From: Naegleria gruberi
Taxonomy: Eukaryota
Direction: 5' to 3' (one strand)
Assembly (NCBI GenBank): GCA_000004985.1
Contig: GG738894.1
DNA: 64,000 nt
The translations under genes and the position numbers were made by a program. How positions within the stretch are numbered: position 1 is the stretch's first letter; every line of letters starts with the position of its first letter. The notes under the pieces were generated by a model. That model saw only the letters and a program-made list of their open reading frames with translations, ran no database searches and was not told the origin of the DNA. Of this stretch, positions 29,956 through 42,133 are shown in pieces.

Positions 29956-30960
29956 TTATTTTCTTAGTGATGTTAATTGTTTCATTTCACTTATATATTT
30001 GGCTCCTTCATCACCAATTCGATTGTTATATATTTGAAGTGATGTCAATCGTTTCATTTCACTTATGAATTTGGCTCCTTCATCACCAATTTCATTGCCA
30101 CCAATATTAAGCGATGTTAATTGTTTCATTTCACTTATATATTTGGCTCCTTCTCCACTAATTAAATTGTTAGATATACAGAGTGATGTCAATTGTTTCA
30201 GTTCACTAATAGACCTAGCTCCTTCATCACCAATTAGATTGTTATATGTATGAAGTGATGTCAATCGTTTCATTTCACTTATGAATTTGGCTCCTTCTAC
30301 ACCAATTCGATTGCTATAGTATTAAGTGATGTTAATTGTTTCATTTCACTTATCAATTTAGCTCCTTCATCACCAATTCATTGCCACCAATATTAAGCGA
30401 TGTTAATTGTTTCATTTCACTTATATATTTGGCTCCTTCATCACCAATTCGATTGTTATATATTTGAAGTGATGTCAATCGTTTCATTCCACTAATTAAT
30501 TTAGCTCCTTCATCACCAATTTCATTGACACCAATATTAAGTGATGTTAATTGTTTCATTCCACTAATTAATTTGGCTCCTTCATCACCAATTCGATTGT
30601 TATATATATGAAGTGATGTCAATCGTTTCATTCCACTAATTAATTTAGCTCCTTCATCACCAATTTGATTGCCACCAATATCAAGTGATGTTAATTGTTT
30701 CATTTCACTTATATATTTGGCTCCTTCATCACCAATTCGATTGTTATATGTATGAAGTGATGTTAATTGTTTCATTTCACTTATCAATTTAGCTCCTTTT
30801 ATACCAATTCGATTGCCACCAATATTAAGCGATGTTAATTGTTTCATTTCATTTATATATTTGGCTCCTACATCACCAATTCGATTGTTATATATATTAA
30901 GTGATGTTAATTGTTTCATTTCACTTATGAATTCTGCTCTTTCAAAAGAGTCAAGCAACC
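29956..30960 (-). repeat. 72-bp coding tandem repeat array (about 14 units, roughly 85-95 percent identical)
   Basis: Unit TTTCATTTCACTTATATATTTGGCTCCTTCATCACCAATTCGATTGTTATATATTTGAAGTGATGTCAATCG and variants recur head-to-tail. Confidence 0.7.
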
Positions 30961-31300
30961 AACTAGAAAATTTAACATTAACAATACTATTCATAAATTG
31001 ACTTTTCATGAATAATTCAACTCGTTTCTCTGTAAATTTCTTTTTAAATTTAATAACAAGTTTTGAACGTTCCCTGATCACATTAAAGAATTGTTTTGAA
31101 ATTAAAGTACAATTATTTAAAATAAACCACGAATCATCAAGCATTGAAATTATTTCAAAACAAACATCATATGAAAATATTTCTTTTTCGAGTTTCACAA
31201 ACTTTGCTTTCTCTTCCATATTATTATTATTGTTAGTGAATATTTCCTCCGAATTAATGAATTGATGATTTTCAAAATCTTGTCTGTTTCGTTTGCTCAT
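29956..31300 (-). CDS. F-box-like / RNI-like LRR protein built from about 14 tandem 24-aa repeats; frame disrupted at about 30274..30352
   Basis: ATG at 31300. N-terminal 'YDVCFEIISMLDDSWFILNNCTLISKQFFNVI' F-box-like. Then repeats 'ISEMKQLTSLNIGGNRIGDEGAKY' (ribonuclease-inhibitor-type LRR). Two ORFs (30353..31300 and 29956..30273) carry the same repeat but are separated by two repeat units with 1-nt indels. Confidence 0.45.
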
Positions 31301-31501
31301 TTTTTTTTAATTAAAACTAATTTGGTGTCAATCCAAAATCAATAATCTTAATAATTCCTCTAATTTTCATGCGAATTTAAATTCACACTCCAAAAATTTG
31401 AACCTTATAACTTGGCACAGTTTTCATTTTTTTTAATTCATCAAACCTCTTCATCATTTCATGTTTTTAACGTGCTTTTACGGAAAAAAGTATTAATAAA
31501 A

Positions 31502-32839
31502 ATGACAAAACGATCCATTGAAGAAAATTGCTCATCTTCAAAGAAGATAAAGATTCAAGATCATGTAAATCACATTTCGGAAGATGTTTGGAGTCAAACC
31601 ATTTTCCCATTTCTTGATGGCAATGAATTATTTAAATCAATAAGATTAGTTTCGTTTCTGTGGAATAATCTTGTTTTGGCCACTCGATGTAATATTCAAG
31701 TTTATTTTCCAGGTTTCACAATGGAGGAAGTAGAACGAACTGTTGTCCAATTAAAAGAATGGGAATTTTCTGATAGAGAAACCTATGAGGTAACAAGTTT
31801 TAAATATTCGAATGATAAAGAGCATTGTAAACGAGTGAGAGAATTTATTCAAAGTGGAGAGGAAGGTAAATTCAAAAATGTTACTGGAATTACTTTCAAG
31901 AGTAAAATTCATCCATGCTTCTTTGAAAAGATTTTCAGTTTGGATTGGCAACATTTGAAAACTCTCAATTTGAGTAATAATACTCTCAATGCTGAGGGAG
32001 CAAAGTTTTTAGCAAATGGAAATATGAATCTAACACAATTGAATTTGTCAAATAATTCCATTGGTAATGAAGGTATTGGCTATTTATCAAAGAGTTCAAT
32101 TGTTAAAGGGCTAACTTTATTGAATGTATTGTGTAATAATATTGATAATGAAGGAGCACAATATTTACAAGGTGATAATTTTAAAAATCTAACCCAATTG
32201 AATTTTCAAACTTTATCATCTAGAGGAAATCGTTATCTTGCCATGACTGCTCACTTTTGTGGAGTTACACCATTCACTATTCATCCTTTTGATAATACTG
32301 ATGATTTGAAGGAGTATCTCTTTAACTATTACATTAAGTATTGGAATCAATATGCAGGTGAAGTATTGGGTCTCTCTAAAAATGATGACAAACAGGTACT
32401 GAAAGAAAAGATTTATCCATTACCTTTTGAAAGAATTGCTGGGTTGGCAGTTGGTGAAGTTGGTGGAATGGTTTATAATGAATGTGAAACAGAGGCTGTT
32501 GTTGGAATAGTTTATGGTCAGGAGATTAATGAAGAGAATTTGGCCAAAACTAACGAATCAACACCATTTGTTATTGTTGAAAAGCTTGATGGTTATTCCC
32601 ATGAATGTACTTATTGTATTGGAAAGTCTAAGCTTGAAGAAAGATTGGCAAAAGAAGAATACGAAGAAGATGAACTTGAAGAACTTGAAGGAGATTCCAA
32701 AACATTCAAACAAATAGCAAGTTTGCTTCAATCAGGTATTGATAATGATGATGGAAGAGACATTTTTCTGGCTTTTTTCATTGGTGAAATTGTTGATGGT
32801 ACATTTGTAGAGCTAAAGAAAAAACAATTAAATTATTGA
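31502..32839 (+). CDS. F-box-like + RNI-like LRR protein with acidic C-terminal domain
   Basis: ATG at 31502 (MTKRSIEEN…). 'SEDVWSQTIFPFLDGNELFKSIRLVSFLWNNLV' F-box-like. LRRs 'LNLSNNTLNAEGAKFLANGNMNLTQLNLSNNSIGNEGIGYL'. Confidence 0.5.
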   Translation: MTKRSIEENCSSSKKIKIQDHVNHISEDVWSQTIFPFLDGNELFKSIRLVSFLWNNLVLATRCNIQVYFPGFTMEEVERTVVQLKEWEFSDRETYEVTSFKYSNDKEHCKRVREFIQSGEEGKFKNVTGITFKSKIHPCFFEKIFSLDWQHLKTLNLSNNTLNAEGAKFLANGNMNLTQLNLSNNSIGNEGIGYLSKSSIVKGLTLLNVLCNNIDNEGAQYLQGDNFKNLTQLNFQTLSSRGNRYLAMTAHFCGVTPFTIHPFDNTDDLKEYLFNYYIKYWNQYAGEVLGLSKNDDKQVLKEKIYPLPFERIAGLAVGEVGGMVYNECETEAVVGIVYGQEINEENLAKTNESTPFVIVEKLDGYSHECTYCIGKSKLEERLAKEEYEEDELEELEGDSKTFKQIASLLQSGIDNDDGRDIFLAFFIGEIVDGTFVELKKKQLNY

Positions 32840-32959
32840 TACGAATATAATCCTGATAAATATCACTCTACTTAGTGGTGATGGTAAACTCCTGATTAAG
32901 GCTCAATTCCTTAAAGAAACCTTGCCGCCAAAATTTTAATAAATTTTAAATTCAAAAAA

Positions 32960-34009
32960 ATGAAACAATCAAAAAATGAAGAAGAACACACCGAGAAGAT
33001 TCATATCGGAATGTTGGAAGAACAATTTAATAAATGTAATTTAAAGGTTTTTAAAGAAAGTCCCATGGTTGATGATACTATTGAAGGATGGCTTGATATT
33101 GTAAGAAAACAAAATAAGTGGTTGTATAATATAGAGTCAGGTGAGAGTGAATATCATACAGTTTCACATCTTTTAGAACGATTTTATCCAAAGAAATTTC
33201 AAAAGGAATTTGAAGCAATTTGTAAATTTGTGGCAGATGAAAATAATTTAATATGTATAACTGAATTGTTTGAACTTGATATTTGGCTCCAAAACTCTGC
33301 TCCATATTTCTTTAAATGTATAACAATGAAATATAGTGATTATCGTAAAATAGCCAATTTAGTTGAATTTAAGGACTGGGTAAGAGCTGCAGATGAATTG
33401 AGGGAATATGTCAATTATTTTCAAGAAAATTCCAATAACATTAATAATAGAGAGGATTTCTTCAAGTACAGATTAAATTGGTTAATATCATTAACAGATA
33501 CAGGTAATAACGTATATTTTGATTATTGTGTTGAACTTGGCGATAATATCAAAATTAATACTGATATTTGTATAGACAATGGTGATTCAAGGATTTATAT
33601 CGTGTTTGCAAATTCCAATATGGATGATGCATTTAATTGTGAAGAATTTCACAAAACAATAATGTTGACAATACTAACACCAATATTATTAAGACAACAA
33701 GTGCTTTCATTTATTTGCTGCAAAACGTTTGCATATTATTTTAATTTTTATTCGGATGGTTCTTTTATAATGGGTAAAATAGATTTGACAAATGTGAATG
33801 GAATGTTTGAAATATTTAGTGAAATATCATGTTCTTGTAATCGTGGTCAGTGTATGATATCATTTAATCTTGTCAAGAAACGATTGGAACAAAAAGAGAC
33901 TAACAACATTAAAGGAATTGAAAAATCACACAAAACTAGTAAACTAAACAATATTAATAATCAATCAAAAAGAAAAATATTAGGAGATATGTCTAATTGC
34001 ATTAAATAA
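32960..34009 (+). CDS. hypothetical protein
   Basis: 349-aa ORF with ATG; no recognisable motifs. Confidence 0.35.
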   Translation: MKQSKNEEEHTEKIHIGMLEEQFNKCNLKVFKESPMVDDTIEGWLDIVRKQNKWLYNIESGESEYHTVSHLLERFYPKKFQKEFEAICKFVADENNLICITELFELDIWLQNSAPYFFKCITMKYSDYRKIANLVEFKDWVRAADELREYVNYFQENSNNINNREDFFKYRLNWLISLTDTGNNVYFDYCVELGDNIKINTDICIDNGDSRIYIVFANSNMDDAFNCEEFHKTIMLTILTPILLRQQVLSFICCKTFAYYFNFYSDGSFIMGKIDLTNVNGMFEIFSEISCSCNRGQCMISFNLVKKRLEQKETNNIKGIEKSHKTSKLNNINNQSKRKILGDMSNCIK

Positions 34010-34162
34010 GAATTAATTCAATCTTAAAAGATCTTTCATATGAGAGGAGTTTCGATTGGAATCGATTGATTTGATGGAATGGTGTTGGAACATGCCAAAT
34101 TGTGTGGAGGATCATCAATAAAAATCCATTTTCAATGAATTCCAGTTATTTAAATTTGAGGT

Positions 34163-36477
34163 TTATTGGGTTTCTTCTTCTTCGCCTGAACTGGCATCCT
34201 CTTCTCCTTGAGCATCTCCTGAGGCATTTTCTTCAGTACCCTTTTTCTTTTTTCGTTTTCTGACTCTCTTCTTCTTTTTCTTTTCAATAACCATGTCATA
34301 ATTTGGAGGTGGTGGAGCATTCTTATTAGGTAAAGGATCAGTCTTACCAGAAAAGATATTCACAACAACTGTCTTAACATTGGCATTTGAGGCTGGTTGT
34401 GGAGAGAAATTACTTCCTGAAGTTGGTCCATGTGGAACATCAGATGTTTTTCCTCTCAAATGAGGAGGAACATAGGCAGAAACCTTTTGAGCGGATGCAG
34501 GTTGAGATTGGAATTGAGAAGGCTTAGTATTTGAGGTAGATGAAGCTCCATTAACAACACCTTGATTAAGAGCTCTTGGGGAAGGTGGACGATTCTTGTA
34601 TCTATTTGAAGAAACAGGTCTAATAATTGCATGATATAAAAAGTCATCTTGCAAAGTAAGGTTGTACATTAATTGGCCATTATACTTGTAAATTTGGAAT
34701 TTGTTAGCAACACGCAACTTTGGGAAGTGAGTTCCAACAATAAATAATCTAGAGTCTGGAGACCAATGAGCAAAGGTTGGTTCAGAAGCTTGATTAATAC
34801 CCATTAAACGTTTTCTTTCTCTATCAAAGAAGAGGAGGGTACCAGTGAAACCACCAAAACCAGCCAAAACTAAAAATCTACCATGAGGGGAGTAGAAAAT
34901 CTTGTTAACTTTCCAATTGGATGTATTTTCTTGTTGTTGTAAAAATTCAAAGATTGGTTGAGATTGTGCGTCAAACAAAGTTGCTCTCATGTTTGGTCCA
35001 GAATAACCATAAATGGCAACAAACTCATTACCTCTTGGAGACCATTGTAAATCGTGAACAGGTCCTTCTTCTGTTAATTGAATATCCTTAGAAAGATTTC
35101 CATTTGATCTAACATAATAAAGCTTATTTTCACCATAGTAACTCTTGTCGCTTTGATCAGTATTTGTTGTGGTATAGACAAGTAACGCAGTACCAACCTT
35201 ATTCCAACGCATTTCAACAGAATCTACATCATGTGAAAAATGTTTGGTGGCAGTTGGACGCTTAACATTTGGTAATTTGTACAATCTAACACTGTTTTGT
35301 TCAGTTGACTTGTTGGTGTTATAAGTATAAATAGCAAAAGTACTCTTTGGAGAAAGGGCAAATGCGTGAACCTTTCTTTGGATAACAATATCACTTCTTG
35401 GTTGGAAACTAATTTTCTTTTCAGGTGTTTCTTCAACATTATAGAAAATGACACTTTCTTCAGATGGATCAAAATAAGCCATTAAAGTTTCATCTTCATT
35501 CCATTGAATAACAGGCCATAATCCATTTTCTGTTGGTTTGTGAGAAAACTTCATAAGTAAATGATCCTTTTCATTAAGTTCAATAAGAGTAGAGTTTGGT
35601 AAATTCAAAGATGGAACACCACTTTCTGTTATAGTAGTATCTTGCTTTAACTTCCAAATTCTCAAGTTAAACTTTAAAAGATTTTCATCTTGCTCGCTGC
35701 TTGGTTCTCCATTCCACTTTCCCAATGTAATTAAATAACTATTACAAGGTGAAAAGTGCACTTTTGTGATGGCAACTTCTCTTGGTTGAGTAAGAATATA
35801 TTTCATTTCTCCAGTAAATGTGTCCGAAATAAAGAGTCTTGAAATTTTCTTATCATTTGGAGAGAAAGGATCAATCTTATCAAGATAGGCCAAGTATGCT
35901 CCATCATCTGAGTAAATTAAAAAGTCAGATGATTGTGTGCTAATTGGCTTTTCAGAAGGAATAAGTTCAATCTTATCAGCTGTTGATGTTGATTGTTGTT
36001 GGTCTTGATAACGCACAGAATAGCTACAAATACCCTTGGATTTTGTATTTACTATAAAATTATAATAATAATATTAATAAAACTATTGTATCATACAAAA
36101 TACTTACCAACTAATTGAATTTCTGGTTCGTCAACAATAACACCCAGGTTTTCCATTTGCTTATATCCTTCAGCATCTTCGTCAAAAGCTGCTTGTTGAG
36201 AAGTTGTATTTTGAGATACAGCTTCTTTTGGTGGAGTTTGTTGAATTGGCTTTTTAGGTTGATTAGTGTTATTATTATTATTGGAGGAGACAGGTGTTGT
36301 ATTACTATTCTTCTTTGGCTGTTGTTGTCCTTGTTGAGGAGGTTTGGTATTTTGTGAAGGAGGAGCACGACCACTATTATTACTGCTGGCCGATTGTTGT
36401 TGATTTCGGCTCTGATTCCTATTATTATTGTTGTTACCCCCAGAAGCTGGCATGGAGCGGAATTGGTTTTGACTCAT
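34163..36477 (-). CDS. EIF2A: translation initiation factor eIF2A (beta-propeller) with N/Q-rich N-terminal exon; exons 36107..36477 and 34163..36051
   Basis: Colinear with eIF2A: 'LQWSPRGNEFVAIYGYSGPNMRATLFD', 'YSPHGRFLVLAGFGGFTGTLLFFD', 'FAHWSPDSRLFIVGTHFPKLRVANKFQIYKYNG', then basic KKKKKRVRKRKKKK and acidic tail. ORF 36091..36477 (MSQNQF…N/Q-rich…EPEIQLV) ends at G|GTAAGT (36106). A 55-nt intron ends TTTTATAG (36052) and is in frame with the eIF2A ORF. Confidence 0.65.
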
Positions 36478-36817
36478 TTTTTCACAACAATATTTTGTTC
36501 ATCATCTATGTGCTGCTTGTTTTCTGCTTACGCTGCCATTACCTTCTCTCTCTTCATCAGCACAAAGAATCCAACTCGACAAACATTACAAAAGAAAGTT
36601 TTTTGAATATTCGTAAGGCAAAGAGAGAATCTTTTCAAGATAACATTATTTTACATTGTTGGGCAATTTTGAATTGGTTCATTTAAATGTTGTTTGTTAA
36701 TTATTAGTATTTTTCTCATGTATTAGCTGCATGATAAGAAGATTATCATATATTCGGGTAGTTTTCATAAAAAGATTAAAATTAATTTGGTCTCTGAAGT
36801 TTGCTGCAAGCTACAAT

Positions 36818-36826
36818 TTTGGCGCC
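36818..36826. promoter_or_regulatory. TTTGGCGCC E2F-type motif 29 nt upstream of the TPR gene ATG
   Basis: Sequence AATTTTGGCGCCTTTTTC. Confidence 0.3.
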
Positions 36827-36854
36827 TTTTTCATAACAGTCAAATTAAAAAGAA

Positions 36855-38390
36855 ATGAAAAACAACGGACGGCAGCCTCTATCACTCTCAAATACGAGTG
36901 GTGGTGGAGGTGGGTTGAGATCCGCCTCATCCTCAATAGTGATGAATAATAGTGGTCGTCCTTCATCAGCACCTTATGGTAGAACACCAACATCAGCCAC
37001 TAGTAGAAATTCCTTCCTCAATTCTTTTGACAGAAACTCAACTTTGAATAGTAGCAGTCATCAACAACAGGCAACGAGGAATGGAACACCTAATTCCATC
37101 GTTACAAATCCCAATTCAAATATAAATCTTAATAATTTGGAGAGTATGAGCGAGAGTGATGCCATTATTACATTATTGACAAGTTTTCTTGCCGAAGGAG
37201 AACGTTACATGAAAACAAGAGAATGGGATAAAGCAATTGTTTCTTTTACAAAAGCTTTGGAGGATGAACCAATGAACAAGTATGCTTATATTTGCAGATC
37301 GAAATGTTTTACTAATATTGGAGAATTTGATAAAGCAATTGAGGATGCGGAAAAGGCTTTGGAAATTGATCCAAAATATCATCGAGCATTTCTAGCAAAG
37401 GCAGAGTGTTTATATTCATCAGGAAAATTTGAGTATGCTCTTGTATATTATTATAAGGGATATGACCTTCGAAAGGATATTGAGGATTTTAAGAAGGGTA
37501 TTAGAAAAGCCAAAATTGCAATTAATGAATCTATTGAACAGGATGAAATTGACAGAGCATACAAGAAGGGATCGGATTCATTGAATTCATCTCGGTTGGG
37601 AAGTTTGAGCTCATCAAGACCAGGTTCAGCATCTAGTACTTTTTCTTCAAGACCAGGTTCTGCCACGTCAAGGCTCTATCAGACTCAGACGAGAAAAGTT
37701 GTCACTCCTAGGGATGTTCATTCGGGTTATACATTACCTGCCAAAAATCAGCTCAATAAGAATAGACCTTCATCAGCTGGCAGTACTCTTTCAAGGACAG
37801 TTCAACGTCCCGCTTCTGCAGGATCTTCAAGGCAACAATATAATCCATCATTCACACCCAAACCCCCCATTCCTAGACCAATGTCAGCCTCAACAACTAG
37901 ACCATCAAGTGCAAGAACCACCTATTCTGGCACCAGTAGACCAATGTCAGCAACAAGGCCAAAGAGTGCCAATGTAAATAGAAAAGAAAGATTTCTCCTT
38001 GGAGAATTTACCAAAGATGAGGATTATCTCAATAATCTTTTGAACGATCAATGTAAGTAATTGGTTTAAGCAGTATTCCTAATCATTGTTAAAGCATTGA
38101 GGAAATCAATAACTGGTGACGCTACAAAAGGTCACACTGAAATTGTTAATATTGTACAAGATACTTTGGATTATTTGGATAAACGAAAAGAATTTTGGCG
38201 ACATTCAATTACAACAGGTTCGACCACTTCTGCTATTCACGTAACACCAACACCACAAATAGTCAACGTTTTTAATCCCTTTAGAAGAGATATGTTTCAG
38301 TCGACAGTCACTAGGCCTAAATCTGCTTCGCTTTCAAATATGTCAATCTCCTCAATGTCACCTTCTAAGAAATATGAATTATTCATATAA
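36855..38390 (+). CDS. TPR-repeat protein with S/P/R-rich tail; exons 36855..38052 and 38095..38390
   Basis: ATG at 36855. TPR helices 'AIVSFTKALEDEPMNKYAYICRSKCFTNIGEFDKAIEDAEKALEIDPKYHRAFLAKAECLYSSGKFEYALVYYYKG'. ORF ends CAA T|GTAAGT (38053). The 42-nt intron ends …GTTAAAG (38094). Exon 2 is in frame (SLRKSITGDATKGH…). Confidence 0.5.
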
Positions 38391-38500
38391 ATTTGAATCT
38401 AAATTATTTATTAAGTTATTGATTTGTAATCTTAATAACAAGGTAATCAGCTAACAGGCTTTTAACCTCACTAAAATTAATAATTCGAAAAAGCAAATTT

Positions 38501-40065
38501 TTATTCATGGAATAATAGAGTAACATCACACAATTCGTGTCGTTTGATTGAGGGAATTTGCAAACTCAAATATTTTTCCTCTTCATTTCGATCTTCCAAC
38601 ATTTGTATGGTTTTCAAATCCTCGTGTACTGTTTCGTCATTGCTAAAATTCTTCTTCAATAATTCCAAACAGAAACGTTTATATAACAGCAGATTAGCTT
38701 TATCCAAAATCTCAGCACTGTTTTTAATATTACTAGATAATTGATCATAGCTTTCTACAGGGAAGTTCTGCTCAATTTCTTCATAAATAACAAGAGTAAG
38801 ATGGTTGATATAGATAAAAGGTTCCTTTGCTATTAAAATTGATGGCAGTGGACCGAATTTGAAGGCCTCTAATAGAGACAATAAATAATAATACAAAGCA
38901 AAGAGAAGAGTTTTTCCATTTGAACCATCCATTCCACAATTTTGATAATCAATAATTCTATTCATCAGAGTTCTTAGAAAAAAGTTTTTACGTATCAATA
39001 GTGAGTGATTGTAGTTTGAGGATGCTGTTGATTTACCAAGGTTTGTTAAAATAGCTCCAAGTCGAGAATAGAACTCGTCCACTCCAAAATGAAATTCCAA
39101 TTCTGCAACTGATAATGCATGATTTGTTTGCAATTTAACAAACTCTATTCCATTACTAATACTAGATACTAGAGCATCATCATTTAGAATAGATTTAAAA
39201 TATTTGATTTTTGAAAATTGTAGAAATTGCTTGATGGATTGCATGTCACAATTGGTTTGTTGTGAGATAGTTTTTACAAAATCTCTATCCGACATATTTA
39301 CATAATCTTTAGTTGCTCTATCACCAAATGTCTCTACATAATTATCAATCATGGTAATCAAAGACTCTGATTTTTGAGAGGAGGAATTCAATTCTTGAAT
39401 AATTTTAGATAACAAGCATTCAAAAATCCACTCCTGATAATTTGGATTTATAAATCCATTATTTCTCTCAATTATTTCATCCAACAGTGTCTTACAATAC
39501 TGAAATGAAATATTTGATTGTTCATCCTCCCACAAGTAATAATAAATTTTCCCCAACATTCCATAAACATCGATCATATTCCTCTTTACAACATCTATTA
39601 ATTTATCATCCTGAATTAAATCAATGCATTTCAAGATATTTTCATAGTATTCAATACATCCTTCCAACATTCTGGCATCTTCCAAAGTAAACGCAAAATA
39701 ATTATTGGTTCTTCCTCGTACTCTCTTTTCGAGAGCAACATCCATACGCAATTTAACTAAATGATTAAATCTAATGATATTATAGGCTTGATTTTCCAAT
39801 ACTTCAGGTTCAGTTAGACCCTGTTCCCGTTCTATATATATAATTCCAATCACAACATCATTTTATTATATTATTAAATATTAATTTAAATATTAAATAA
39901 AAATTACAAACCTTCGTAAGATATGAAGGATTCATGTTGATTAAATAGAAATTTGATTGTTTTGGATGCATCACCATTGGCAAAAGATACCCGATCGACT
40001 AAATCTGGCCAATCATAATTATTCAAATCTTGTTCAAAATTCATATCAAACTCTGAGGGATCCAT
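38501..40065 (-). CDS. hypothetical protein; exons 39912..40065 and 38501..39831
   Basis: ATG at 40065 (MDPSEFDMNFEQDLNNYDWPDLVDRV…ISYE). Exon 1 ends GAA G|GTTTGT (39911). An 80-nt AT-rich intron ends …ATATATAG (39832). In frame with ORF 38501..39853 (…EREQGLTEPEVL…). Confidence 0.45.
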
Positions 40066-40136
40066 GATGAGGCGAGTTGTGGTATTTTTTTTGTAATGTT
40101 AAAGATGGTCAACTGATAATGATTATAATAATTGTT

Positions 40137-42017
40137 TTATTGCAATTCACAATCTTCGAACACTTCACAATACTGTTTAGCAATTTCCATAGTATTTTCA
40201 ATTGGAACAAAGTGAACATTAGGATAGGATGGAGCTACGAATTGCTCAATTAGACTTGTACATTCTGTAGCGTATTCAAAGACTTCCAAGCTTGGTGGGA
40301 GAACAAGTTCTGTAAGAATATTTGAGGAAGACTGATCTGTGGAAAAGTCAAAGTGCCAAGCTAATTTTTTGAGATTTGTAAAATTTGCAATGGATCGAAG
40401 AATAGAAATGTCATTGTAAACATATGATCCAGTTCTAATTGTGAGCTCCTTCAAGTTTGGACTCTCGCTTGTGAGAACTTGAATCACTTCATCTCTCAAA
40501 GCGTTTTGTGCAATATTTAAACAGTCTACTTGTTTAAAGAAGGAAAGACCATTCGAATTAAATGTCATGTACTCATAAATGCTACCAGCCGGTGTTGCCA
40601 TGTAACAATCAATTTTCTTGGCTGGTTTCTCAAGGAAATATTGGTAAGCTGAGGCACCAAGTGCTTTCTCAACAAGGTCCATAACATGTACCCTGTATTG
40701 GGTTGGCATAAAGAGTTTTCCCTTAAGAGTAGTGGTGTTTACCTTCTTTAAATGCATATCTACATTATTGAATATACTATACAGTGATATTTTGAAAACT
40801 TCCTCATTGGCAATACTTCTCATTGCAATTTCTCTCCAATACTTTCCAGTCCTTGATAGTAAAACTCTGTTATGAACTGGTAAGAATGAGAATATTAATT
40901 CTGTACAATTATCATCCAATAGACGATAAATAAAACATGATACAATATTTGTGTTAGGATTCATTCGTTGGGCCTTTTTGAGATTTTCTGATTTTTCCTT
41001 TTCCATTCCTTTTCTCCCATAAGCATAGGCCAACATCTTGTAGACTTCATCGGTTTCGTTCAATGTTTGAGCATGTAAAAAGTCTTGCAGTGCCAAATCA
41101 ACTTCATGACTGTAGAAATAGGAAAGACCTCTATTGAAAATGTAATGGTAAATGTTTGAGTTGCTTTCACCCATTTCAATAGCCTTTGAGTAATATTTGA
41201 TAGAGTCATGGTAATACGTGGAGAAATAATAAGAAATACCAGCTCTATAATACAATTCTTCAAGAGAAATCATCGAAGAGTGTTGTTGGTTTGAAGTTGG
41301 TTCAATATTTTCCTCTTGTTGATGAGAATTCATTCCCAATTTACCCAAGAGTTTTTTGTGAGCTGACTTGAAATAGGTCTTTGTTTGTTCGTGAATTTCA
41401 GTCAAATTCTCAATAACCTTCTCTGATCGATGTTTCATTTCATGTTGAATTTCGAATATTTTCTTTTCCAATAAAATTGATTTTTCATCTTGATCTTCTT
41501 TGAATTCAATAGCACTTTTGAATGCATGAGCTGATTCCAAATAATCACCAAGCATGTACAGAATGAAACCTTCGAAATATTGAACTACATAAGTTTCCTT
41601 CAAAGTATAGTCCAAATAAATAGCAAGTTTGATGTCTTGCAATGCCTTTTCAAACTTATTCGAAGAAATTCTTACTACTGATCTCTGCAAATACAAGATG
41701 GCATCTTCGGTTGAAATGATGCTCTGATTTGATTGATCTTCTTTTTCCTGCACCATTCCTTCACTAATCTTCATCTTTCCCATCAATGATTTCTCAGCCT
41801 TGTATTGCTTTCTGTACAAAATTCTTTCCTTCAATTCTTCTTTAAATTGTTTTCTTTTGGTTCTGATACCTTCATCGAGGTTTTTATTATGTTGTCGGAT
41901 TCGACGCTTCATATCTATGGCTTTGTAGTGCATTCTATCCAACGAACTTGCTGCCATCAAAATTGGAAAGAAGAGAATTGCAAAAGGACCAGTCGGAATT
42001 GGAACTGAGCCACACAT
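40137..42017 (-). CDS. hypothetical protein with N-terminal TM helix, TPR-like middle, F-box-like motif and C-terminal LRR-like region
   Basis: 626-aa ORF with ATG. 'FAILFFPILMAASSL' hydrophobic. TPR-like 'YYRAGISYYFSTYYHDSIKYYSKAIEMG'. 'CTELIFSFLPVHNRVLLSRTGKYWREI' F-box-like. Confidence 0.45.
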   Translation of the reverse strand: MCGSVPIPTGPFAILFFPILMAASSLDRMHYKAIDMKRRIRQHNKNLDEGIRTKRKQFKEELKERILYRKQYKAEKSLMGKMKISEGMVQEKEDQSNQSIISTEDAILYLQRSVVRISSNKFEKALQDIKLAIYLDYTLKETYVVQYFEGFILYMLGDYLESAHAFKSAIEFKEDQDEKSILLEKKIFEIQHEMKHRSEKVIENLTEIHEQTKTYFKSAHKKLLGKLGMNSHQQEENIEPTSNQQHSSMISLEELYYRAGISYYFSTYYHDSIKYYSKAIEMGESNSNIYHYIFNRGLSYFYSHEVDLALQDFLHAQTLNETDEVYKMLAYAYGRKGMEKEKSENLKKAQRMNPNTNIVSCFIYRLLDDNCTELIFSFLPVHNRVLLSRTGKYWREIAMRSIANEEVFKISLYSIFNNVDMHLKKVNTTTLKGKLFMPTQYRVHVMDLVEKALGASAYQYFLEKPAKKIDCYMATPAGSIYEYMTFNSNGLSFFKQVDCLNIAQNALRDEVIQVLTSESPNLKELTIRTGSYVYNDISILRSIANFTNLKKLAWHFDFSTDQSSSNILTELVLPPSLEVFEYATECTSLIEQFVAPSYPNVHFVPIENTMEIAKQYCEVFEDCELQ

Positions 42018-42125
42018 TTTTTTTCAGTTGTTGATGAACTTTAAACTTCAAGTATTATTATTAATAATTGTTGTAGATTTCATCATCATGATTTGGATAA
42101 CGTTGATGAGAGTGTCCTTTATTTT

Positions 42126-42133
42126 TTTGGCGC
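42126..42133. promoter_or_regulatory. TTTGGCGC E2F-type motif in a divergent promoter (genes at 42017- and 42265+)
   Basis: Sequence TTTTTTTGGCGCTCAAAG. Confidence 0.3.

Noticed and set aside
29956-30960. Regularly spaced 72-bp repeats as a CRISPR-like or satellite array
   Set aside because: The period is a multiple of 3 and every unit encodes an in-frame LRR of an F-box/LRR protein. This is a eukaryotic coding tandem repeat.
36091-36477. Stand-alone N/Q-rich 128-aa ORF
   Set aside because: It is re-interpreted as exon 1 of the eIF2A gene. The ORF stops exactly at a GTAAGT donor and the downstream acceptor is in frame.
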